DNA from: a virus
Taxonomy: Duplodnaviria; Heunggongvirae; Uroviricota; Caudoviricetes
Virus record (IMG/VR): IMGVR_UViG_2695420456_000002
Span: 1 to 18,835 of that record
Length of the DNA stretch: 18,835 bases
Direction: 5' to 3' (one strand)
The notes under the pieces were generated by a model. It did not search any database. It was not told the DNA's origin and was given only the letters and a program-made list of their open reading frames with translations. The translations under genes were made by a program, and so were the position numbers. Shown piece by piece: positions 7,301 through 14,276 of the stretch. Every line of letters starts with the position of its first letter. Position 1 is the stretch's first letter.

Positions 7301-8165
7301 TCAAGTTCTCTTTAAAGCTGGCGTTCGGATCACATGCACCGTTCGAATGTAGGTCCATCTGACGTACTTGCTTACGTACTTTCAGGAATGAATCAACGTT
7401 AATGTTTTCAATTGGTACGGATAAGCCATATTTTTCATTTGTTAGGTAGTGGAAAATCTGGTCCACGCCGTTAGTGCTAGCCTCAATAGCATTGGTTTCA
7501 AGGTTACGGATTTTTAAGCCCATAACATCGACCGCTACCTGGCTATTTGGTTGGAGAATATCAACACCAGCAGCAAGAGATTTATCATCACGGCGTAACA
7601 CAATACACATGGTTGCAATACCATTGCCTTTGTAGTTGTCGTTCCAGTCTGACCCTAAGTGACGTTTTGCCAGTGACAAAGCGGTGTTAGGATTCTTACC
7701 CGTGCGGAACTCAACCTCTAAAACTTTCCGGTATTCTTCTTTAATGTTGCCTTTGTCCAGTACACCATCACGGATCGTCATGTTCTTACCAACAAGAACA
7801 TTTTTGTTATCGATAAACAGTGCTTTGTAATGGTCGATTTCACCCTCGGCAATTGCGAAGATTTGCACTAACTTATTGTTTTCTTGCTTAGAAATTGCTT
7901 TGTAAACGCAGATTGCACCTGTGCGGGTAGTACCGAAAAGAACGGGTAATACTGTCTTAGGATCGTTTGATGTTCCTAGTGTCACCGCATTATCTGGGCT
8001 TTGTACTTTCGGTGTTTTTGGTGCGCCTACAGTGGAAGCGATCAAGGTCATTGCACCAGCAGCCATACCGATAGCGACTGCGGTCATAACAGAAAATGTT
8101 GCAGCAGCAGCCATCCCAGCAGACGCACCAGCAATAACCGCGCCTACCAATATTTCAAATCCCAT
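4386..8165 (-). CDS. central tail fibre / host specificity protein (lambda J-like tip attachment protein), 1259 aa
   Basis: Size and position after M/L/K-like genes; fibronectin-III-like segment ([11 protein letters not shown]...YDYRVCAFG); coiled-coil region; tandem xAAIxxAKI repeats; distinct C-terminal domain. N-terminal 50 aa are Gly/Ala-rich and hydrophobic. The ATG overlaps the upstream stop (TAATG). Confidence 0.7.
   Translation of the reverse strand: [1259 protein letters not shown]
5000..5150. repeat. tandem roughly 24-bp coding repeats (8-aa units xAAIxxAKI) inside the J-like gene
   Basis: Protein [51 protein letters not shown]; at DNA level repeated AATTGCAGCATT/AATTGCCGCATC units. 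Confidence 0.5.
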
Positions 8166-8584
8166 TATTCACCCCCGAATCTATAAACTTGTTCATAGTC
8201 AATGTCTGAAACAGGAATGGTCATCCAGATACCATCTTCTTCAACGAGGCCATAACCGGAATAATGAGGAACTACGGAATAATAATTACGGTTTCCTAAT
8301 TTGTGGGCTGTGACCAGTAAGTCGCCGTCCTGTAAATCATCAGTGACTAATTTGAAATGTTTCTTAATTGGTTGAAGGATGTTTGAATACCCGCTTAATT
8401 CTTTGCAGATTTTCAAGCCTTCTTCTTTAGTTGAATATTTTTTATAAAGAGAATTATATAGGTCAGTACCAGCGAGAATATCGATGATCTTACATGCAAT
8501 GAGATTGCAATCATTCTCACCCTGAACGAACTCCTGACCTATTAAAGAATTGATGTAATCGGTGATAAGCCTAGTTTTTAGCAT
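8165..8584 (-). CDS. minor tail protein, NlpC/P60-like (lambda gpK-like), about 139 aa
   Basis: The track ORF extends to 8740 but would overlap the upstream gene by 110 nt; the internal ATG at 8582-8584 is preceded by GGAGG (8593-8597) at good spacing. Contains ENDC...H...H spacing consistent with a Cys/His hydrolase. Stop overlaps the J start. Confidence 0.45.
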   Translation of the reverse strand: MLKTRLITDYINSLIGQEFVQGENDCNLIACKIIDILAGTDLYNSLYKKYSTKEEGLKICKELSGYSNILQPIKKHFKLVTDDLQDGDLLVTAHKLGNRNYYSVVPHYSGYGLVEEDGIWMTIPVSDIDYEQVYRFGGE

Positions 8585-8630
8585 GTTGAATACCTCCATG
8601 CTGTTATTTACTAGGCTTAGGGAGAAGGGA

Positions 8631-9284
8631 TTATTTCTTAGAGCTAAACCACTTCGACTCGCTTTGCCACTTCCCGGCACGGGAGAAGAATAGATCGTTC
8701 TCGTTTCCAACATAGGATCGGTGGATACCATCGGAAGCATGACTACGAGCGTTTTTATCTAGAACTTCCCAGATACTATTAAGCTGAAATTCTGATTCGT
8801 TTTTACACTCTTCATCTTCATGTTCGATGTTAATCCCGATGGAATCGACTACCCCACGGAAAACAGGGTAAGTAGTTTCAACCTTGCCCGTGTTAGGGTT
8901 CAGGAAAACCATCTCGATTTTCACATCAGATTTATCGAATTGCTTGTTACGAATCAAGGTAATGTATTCTTCGCGGACGTTAGAAACAGTTACGTTGATC
9001 CCGTTGTTGTTGATCTCCTTCTCTTCGGTATTCGATGAGATTTGAAGAAAATCACCCGTTGCGAGATACGTAAATCCGTTATAGTCCAAATCGAAGTACC
9101 CGTCTGTAAGCCGTAAAACGTCCCCTGACGCGGTTACTACTTCGATAATGTGGAACATCGATCCAGTGGAAAAAAGCTGCGGTAGAGTCAATCTAGACAC
9201 ATTCTGACCTGTCTGGTCGTTGTATACCTCGATGAAGTCCAGATTAGTGCATAGTTTGCTGAATGATTCCTGAATAGTTGCCAT
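8631..9284 (-). CDS. minor tail protein (lambda gpL-like position), 217 aa
   Basis: ORF between the M-like and K-like genes; start ATG overlaps the upstream stop (TAATG). Assignment is by synteny and size only. Confidence 0.45.
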   Translation of the reverse strand: MATIQESFSKLCTNLDFIEVYNDQTGQNVSRLTLPQLFSTGSMFHIIEVVTASGDVLRLTDGYFDLDYNGFTYLATGDFLQISSNTEEKEINNNGINVTVSNVREEYITLIRNKQFDKSDVKIEMVFLNPNTGKVETTYPVFRGVVDSIGINIEHEDEECKNESEFQLNSIWEVLDKNARSHASDGIHRSYVGNENDLFFSRAGKWQSESKWFSSKK

Positions 9285-9844
9285 TATACATTCTCCACTA
9301 ATTCAAATTTCATCTTGCCGATCTGGGCGATCTTCCAATCGATGTTTTCAGTTTTGAGAACAAATTCACCTTCTACGTTCTGATACTTGATCACCTCACC
9401 CGCCAGGACGTTCTGACGCAAGTTAGGGAAGAGTTTCATTTCACCACCTGATTTCACATCTTCGGTGATCGTGTAGATTTTCTTGTGGTTCTCAAACTGG
9501 ATGATAGTTCCCGCTTTCAGTGTTCCGGTGAAGTTGGAGATTCTCACCTTACGCCCACCGCGAGCAGTACCAGCAGCAGCCGTTACCATCTGGCGTACAT
9601 CACCTGTATATTTTGAAAAGTAAGACAGTGGTACATTGAAAGGACGACCAAAAAGGTGACGTGCTACAAATTCTTTTACTTCGTTAATATCCTGAGCCAT
9701 GAAATTCGCGGTAAATTCTGCTTCGTAAAAATGGATGCCAGTAAAGCGACGCTGGAACTTACCGGATATAGATTGCGCCTTGAAGAAAGGCTGTTTTGAT
9801 TTAAGAGTAAAATCTGTGATTTTAATATTCTTGGATTTGAACAT
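9284..9844 (-). CDS. distal/minor tail protein (gpM-like position), about 186 aa
   Basis: First gene after the tape measure. The track ORF begins at a GTG (9880) but that would place the intercistronic hairpin inside the CDS; the ATG at 9842-9844 is preceded by TGGGGGCTTTTTCT, so the shorter start is preferred. Confidence 0.45.
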   Translation of the reverse strand: MFKSKNIKITDFTLKSKQPFFKAQSISGKFQRRFTGIHFYEAEFTANFMAQDINEVKEFVARHLFGRPFNVPLSYFSKYTGDVRQMVTAAAGTARGGRKVRISNFTGTLKAGTIIQFENHKKIYTITEDVKSGGEMKLFPNLRQNVLAGEVIKYQNVEGEFVLKTENIDWKIAQIGKMKFELVENV

Positions 9845-9846
9845 AG

Positions 9847-9892
9847 AAAAAGCCCCCATAGTTTTATGATTATTTATCACTATGGGGCTTTT
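9847..9892 (-). terminator. hairpin terminator/attenuator between the tape measure and M-like gene; the 3' arm doubles as SD
   Basis: AAAAGCCCCCATAG ... CTATGGGGCTTTT inverted repeat (about 10-bp stem, 18-nt loop) followed by a T-run on the minus strand. Confidence 0.4.
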
Positions 9893-9894
9893 AA

Positions 9895-12324
9895 TTACAT
9901 CTTACGGCGCTGTGCGTCTTCTACCGCCTGAGCAACTAACTTAGCGTGACGTTTGATAGCATCCATGACCATCTTGTCTGAGCTATTAACGTTGCCGTTA
10001 ATGTTCAAAGGCGCATTAACTTCAATCGGTTGAGAGTTGCCACCGCCTGATTTTTGAGCAGAAAGGAAGTCTTTCAAATCACCGTTGGTACGCTGATCAA
10101 CTACTCGTTCACCCTTATCAAGCAACCACGTACCTTCTTTGGGGATACTGTCAATACCATCATGTGACATTCCTGTTAAATTTGTTGATTTAATGTTGGC
10201 AATATTTCCCATGTTCTGAGAAACAGCCAATGCAGCAGCAGCGATTTTTTGACCTGTGGTTACGTTGGTCGGATCGTTCCATGCATCGGTAGCAGCCGTC
10301 CACATGTTCACCGTCGCTTGTCCGATAGAGAATGCTTTATGAGCATTGAAAGCCATCTGCATAGCTTTAGTGTTTTCCTGCCCGAAAAGAGTCATTGCAG
10401 CAGCAAAACCGCCATACATATCATCGGCTATTGACTGGCGAGCATCAGCATATTTCTTTTCAATTGCAGCCATCCGTTTTTGATGGTTTTCATTGAGTTT
10501 TTCTAATGCTTCCATCCGTTTAGCCGGATCATTAATACCGTCAATCTTGAGTTTATCGGTCTTATAATCTTGTTCAGCATCCGATTTCTCTTTATCGATT
10601 GCATTAAATTTAGCAAACGGATTATTTGAGTCTTGATAATCATAACCACTAGTTAATTGATTGGTTTTATAACCATCCATTCCCTGTAAAGAATTTTCAA
10701 TCTGAGAATAGTTTTGCTCGGTATCGTTCACACGACGCATATATTCTTCGTAGGAGATAGCTTTACCATCAAGTAACCGTTTATGGCTTTCTAGCTCGTT
10801 GTCCCTGATTTGTTGCAATTGTGTTAAAGCATTCAGAGCATCAATCGGATCAGCACCCAACATCATTTTATAAACGTTTTCAGTATTCTGATCGATTAGC
10901 GCCTGGCGTTTCGCGGCTGCGTCTTCCTGAGAGATTAAGCCCAGAGCTAACGCGTCGTTCACATCTTTTAAGCTGTTTTGCAACTGGCTATTTTGAGAAG
11001 TGATAGACGCTGCAACTTGCCCTTGCAATTTAACATCAAGTGCATTCAGTCGCTTGATTGCATCCTCGCGTGCTTTCTGTGCTTTTTCTGCGGCTTCCTT
11101 AGCCTTTTTAGCTGCCTCTTCCGCTTTCTTTTTGGCTTCTTCCTCGGCTTTCTTCTCGTTGCCAGACTTACCCAATGAAGCTGGTCGAGTTGGTGTAGTC
11201 GGGATAGTCAAATCACGGTTAGGATCTGCCTTGCGGGTAAGATGTTCCCCGTTATCGACAACAATCAGAGAGCCATTTTTCTTATAAGAATCACCAAAAC
11301 GTTTCTTAAATCCTTCAACATCAAAGCCAGCAGTACGAGGATCGACACCAGCACCACGGATCGCGGCCTTTTCCCAATCTGCCAGATTATTCCAACGCTT
11401 TTCTTTATTGTACTTGTCAATAATCTTTTGAGCGTCTTTATGGTTGGCGTTAAGAATACCACCAGTTGCGGTCTTACCTTCTTTATTCAGACGGTCTAAT
11501 GCCCTGAATAGAGAACTCTTTTCCCAATCAATATTAAACCATTCGAATAACCAGTTTAAACTATCAACCAAAGGACCAGTAATGGTCATACCGACACCTT
11601 TCAGGTTATTTTCCAGCTTATTGATATTTTGAGAAAATTTATCATATTTTTTAGCGTTTTCTTCGGTGACGTTAACAGATTGATTCTGAATAGCGATCAT
11701 CGCCTCTTGAGCACTATTATATTTCTCAAGCTGGCTGGTCATATGGCTTGAATCACTGGCTAAAGATTCCATCATGAACTTGATTTCAGCCATTGATTTT
11801 CCGGCTTTCTTCATGTCATAGAACACTTGGATCGCCGCTTTCATACCACCTTGCGGATCAGTCATGAAGTGAGCATAGTTTTCTAACTTAAGGCCAACCG
11901 ATTCTAAGTCATCAGCAATACCACCACCGTTAGCCCATGCATCACCCATCTTATCTAAGGTGTCTTTGTTGATATCACCGAATTTTTCAACTGTTAGGCC
12001 AGTACCAGAAAATTCCTTTTCCAGTCTTTGAAGGGATTCAATCGAGAGTCCGGTCGCCTTAGATACTTCTGAATATTGTTTAACGTATTCCGCGCCAGCT
12101 TTAGCGGCTGCAACCACTGCGGTCGCAACTAAGCCGATACCACCAGCAGCCAAACCAGCAGAGCCAGCGATCCCACGAAGAGATCCAGTCAGACCAGATA
12201 AGCCACCACCAAAATCAATACCACTTGCCTTTTCAGACAAACTATCGAGAAGGTCGGCGGCTTCATTGGTACTTCTCCTTAGACCTTTATTATCCCCTTC
12301 TATTGTTACTATATGTTTTGTCAT
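9895..12324 (-). CDS. tail tape measure protein, 809 aa
   Basis: Long ORF after the chaperone pair; Gly/Ala-rich hydrophobic N-terminal segment, extended coiled-coil region (KKAEEEAKKKAEEAAKKAKEAAEKAQKAREDAIKRL), and hydrophobic/Gly-rich C-terminal region. RBS TTGGGGTAATTT-ATG. Confidence 0.8.
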   Translation of the reverse strand: MTKHIVTIEGDNKGLRRSTNEAADLLDSLSEKASGIDFGGGLSGLTGSLRGIAGSAGLAAGGIGLVATAVVAAAKAGAEYVKQYSEVSKATGLSIESLQRLEKEFSGTGLTVEKFGDINKDTLDKMGDAWANGGGIADDLESVGLKLENYAHFMTDPQGGMKAAIQVFYDMKKAGKSMAEIKFMMESLASDSSHMTSQLEKYNSAQEAMIAIQNQSVNVTEENAKKYDKFSQNINKLENNLKGVGMTITGPLVDSLNWLFEWFNIDWEKSSLFRALDRLNKEGKTATGGILNANHKDAQKIIDKYNKEKRWNNLADWEKAAIRGAGVDPRTAGFDVEGFKKRFGDSYKKNGSLIVVDNGEHLTRKADPNRDLTIPTTPTRPASLGKSGNEKKAEEEAKKKAEEAAKKAKEAAEKAQKAREDAIKRLNALDVKLQGQVAASITSQNSQLQNSLKDVNDALALGLISQEDAAAKRQALIDQNTENVYKMMLGADPIDALNALTQLQQIRDNELESHKRLLDGKAISYEEYMRRVNDTEQNYSQIENSLQGMDGYKTNQLTSGYDYQDSNNPFAKFNAIDKEKSDAEQDYKTDKLKIDGINDPAKRMEALEKLNENHQKRMAAIEKKYADARQSIADDMYGGFAAAMTLFGQENTKAMQMAFNAHKAFSIGQATVNMWTAATDAWNDPTNVTTGQKIAAAALAVSQNMGNIANIKSTNLTGMSHDGIDSIPKEGTWLLDKGERVVDQRTNGDLKDFLSAQKSGGGNSQPIEVNAPLNINGNVNSSDKMVMDAIKRHAKLVAQAVEDAQRRKM

Positions 12325-12327
12325 AAA

Positions 12328-12702
12328 TTACCCCAATTGACCGCTCTTGAGCTTTTGTAATAATGAAGCGTCGAAATAACTATCAACCAAAGCAGAGTTA
12401 CGTTCTTCCTCTTTCTTACGAGCAATTTCTTTTATTTCTTCTTGCGTTTTAAATTGCTTGTCGTCCTTAATCATTCGGAATTGGTTAACATTGATTTTAT
12501 TCAACCATTCACGAGTCATGTTAGGAGATGTAACGTGCATGTAATACATCGACTGTGCATGTCGCGCATCTTGATATAGGGGGCTTTGTGGTTCAAGATA
12601 TGTATCGAATATATGCAACGCCCAAAATAGCGTAATTGGCATATTATCCATCTCATCTTTACTCAAGCCCCGACGCATCATTTGCCGAAAATAAAAATTC
12701 AA
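12328..12702 (-). CDS. tail assembly chaperone-like protein (T-like position), 124 aa
   Basis: Starts at a TTG 8 nt after the upstream stop with no nearby SD; lies between the G-like ORF and the tape measure. Confidence 0.4.
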   Translation of the reverse strand: MNFYFRQMMRRGLSKDEMDNMPITLFWALHIFDTYLEPQSPLYQDARHAQSMYYMHVTSPNMTREWLNKINVNQFRMIKDDKQFKTQEEIKEIARKKEEERNSALVDSYFDASLLQKLKSGQLG

Positions 12703-12710
12703 GAGCGGGT

Positions 12711-13019
12711 TTACTTTACCTCGTTTTCAATTACCGCCGCATCTTTCATCAATGATGCTTGAGCAACTAAGCCGATTAATTCGCTGCGGACGCTAGTATA
12801 CAGTGCCTTAACTTGTTCAATAGATTCAAATACTGGCTTACCGTCTTCATCTTCAATACAACGAAGAATAGAGCGTTCATCGCGGTCTTTTTTATCAGTA
12901 TTGAAAACATGTTCATTAAATTCTTGCACCGACATAGGGCGAGCATAGAACGTAAATCCGCCGAGGGTTAAAGATTCACGTTTCGGAGAAAGAGCTTTCA
13001 GCATTTCATTCAGATTCAT
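12711..13019 (-). CDS. tail assembly chaperone (gpG-like position), 102 aa
   Basis: Small acidic ORF immediately upstream of the tape measure region; GAGGA SD upstream of the ATG. Confidence 0.5.
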   Translation of the reverse strand: MNLNEMLKALSPKRESLTLGGFTFYARPMSVQEFNEHVFNTDKKDRDERSILRCIEDEDGKPVFESIEQVKALYTSVRSELIGLVAQASLMKDAAVIENEVK

Positions 13020-13064
13020 TATTGTTTCCTCATTAATAGTGATTACGCTGTATTTATTTAGAAT

Positions 13065-13571
13065 TTAAGAGATTTTCAAAGTCTGCTTAGTGCCAGTCTT
13101 CTTAATATTTGTTAGGAAAGCAGCCGGAGGATTGCTTAACCAATAGTAATGAAAACCACTTTGCATACTGTTATAAGGAACAGTGACAGCAGCACCACCC
13201 AAATTAACGGTTATATTCCCCGCTCTACCGTTCTGGAGATATACAGCCATAGTAGGAGTACCGCCATTGAATTGACCAACGATAACGCCAACCAGACGCC
13301 CTACGCCCACGTTTTCGGGGTTCTCCATAGATCCTTTGCTTTGCATACCGGAAACAGGATAGTTTGAAGCAGTTACACCCCAGTTATTACCCAATGAAGT
13401 AGACCACGATGCAGTAGCTACAACCGTATCCATACCACGACCAGCCATTGCCGACATATTACGCGGAGCCGGAACTTTTAAAGCTGTTAATGCTTCTTTC
13501 ATCCATCGCTTACCCGTCACCGATACAGCAGATGACCCGATCCAGCCAGGAACTTTAACGACATTTGCCAT
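13065..13571 (-). CDS. hypothetical tail protein, 168 aa (Gly/Ser/Thr-rich, beta-rich composition; possible tail tube or decoration protein)
   Basis: ORF between the putative tube gene and the chaperones; TTGGAGTAATCAAA-ATG start context. Confidence 0.5.
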   Translation of the reverse strand: MANVVKVPGWIGSSAVSVTGKRWMKEALTALKVPAPRNMSAMAGRGMDTVVATASWSTSLGNNWGVTASNYPVSGMQSKGSMENPENVGVGRLVGVIVGQFNGGTPTMAVYLQNGRAGNITVNLGGAAVTVPYNSMQSGFHYYWLSNPPAAFLTNIKKTGTKQTLKIS

Positions 13572-13585
13572 TTTGATTACTCCAA

Positions 13586-13615
13586 TAAAAAAGCCCCACC
13601 ATTAAGGCAGGGCTT
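13586..13615 (-). terminator. rho-independent terminator after the extended tube ORF
   Basis: Minus-strand RNA AAGCCCUGCC-UUAAU-GGUGGGGCUU (10-bp stem with two G-U pairs) followed by UUUUUAUU; sits just downstream of the TAA at 13620-13622. Confidence 0.5.
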
Positions 13616-13619
13616 AAAA

Positions 13620-13745
13620 TTAATTCTTAGCCTTGCGGCCTCGTTTTGCTGTGGCTTTCGCCGTAACTTCTTCTACTTCTGGAATCACCACCGCTTCATG
13701 TTCCGGCAGTGGTTCCGGTTCTGGTAAAGGAAGTTCTTCGTTAGT
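13620..13745 (-). other. in-frame 41-codon open extension downstream of the TGA stop of the putative tail tube gene (candidate readthrough region)
   Basis: After TGA (13746-13748) the same frame reads TNEELPLPEPEPLPEHEAVVIPEVEEVTAKATAKRGRKAKN then TAA; no start codon with an SD within it. Confidence 0.3.
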
Positions 13746-14219
13746 TCATCCGGCAGTGAAGATTTGCTGTTTCAGCGGAGCACCATCAACAGCAAAGGTA
13801 AACTCTTTCGTTACCACTTCTTCATCGCCACCGTTCATAGCAACTTTAGAGATGAAGCCGTTGAAAGCGGTGCGAATACCAGTCTGTTTTGCTGCATCTA
13901 CATAGTATTCAATCTTAATCTGAATTCGAGTACCGTCTTCGGCAGCTTTAATGAGCTTCTCGTGTACCGCATCACCAGGAATGTAGTTAACGGTCAGAGT
14001 CAGATCAGGAACGTTCAGTTTACCTACCAGCTTACGGTTATACTGAGAAGAGAAGGATTTAACTTCTACAGTGCCGCGCTCGATACCAGTTTCAGGAAAA
14101 CCAGCACACTCTTTAATTTCTTCATAGCTTTCATGTGCAAGATCGGTGTTAGTGGTATCGGCGTGATAGAACATACTTACCAGACCACCAGTAAAAATAT
14201 CTTTAAATTGCTGAGACAT
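13746..14219 (-). CDS. putative major tail (tube) protein, 157 aa; alternative: fibre-associated or assembly protein
   Basis: ORF immediately downstream of the tail fibre gene with RBS TAAGGGGTAATTCT-ATG; size and composition compatible with a siphovirus tail tube protein. Assignment uncertain without a search. Confidence 0.4.
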   Translation of the reverse strand: MSQQFKDIFTGGLVSMFYHADTTNTDLAHESYEEIKECAGFPETGIERGTVEVKSFSSQYNRKLVGKLNVPDLTLTVNYIPGDAVHEKLIKAAEDGTRIQIKIEYYVDAAKQTGIRTAFNGFISKVAMNGGDEEVVTKEFTFAVDGAPLKQQIFTAG

Positions 14220-14250
14220 AGAATTACCCCTTAATTAAAATTGTTTATAA

Positions 14251-14269
14251 CGGGGGAACTAGTCCCCCG
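14251..14269. other. GC-rich hairpin between fibre and tube genes (possible attenuator or processing site)
   Basis: CGGGGGA-ACTAG-TCCCCCG, 7-bp stem; downstream tracts only moderately U-rich on either strand. Confidence 0.3.
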
Positions 14270-14276
14270 ACTTTTA

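Noticed and set aside
8165-8740. Long form (191 aa) of the K-like ORF starting at 8740
   Set aside because: Would overlap the upstream L-like gene by about 110 nt in another frame; the internal ATG at 8582-8584 has a GGAGG SD at ideal spacing, so the shorter CDS was preferred.
9284-9880. GTG-initiated long form (198 aa) of the M-like ORF
   Set aside because: Would place the intercistronic hairpin/terminator (9847-9892) inside the coding region and has no SD; the ATG at 9842-9844 with upstream GGGGG fits better.
12690-12730. Classical -1 programmed frameshift site joining the two chaperone ORFs
   Set aside because: The overlap window is only about 13 nt and contains no X XXY YYZ slippery heptamer; kept only as a low-confidence finding.
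13764-14234. 156-aa plus-strand ORF and 13633..13905 plus-strand ORF
   Set aside because: Antisense to the putative tail tube gene and its extension; no RBS; the minus-strand products have protein-like composition.
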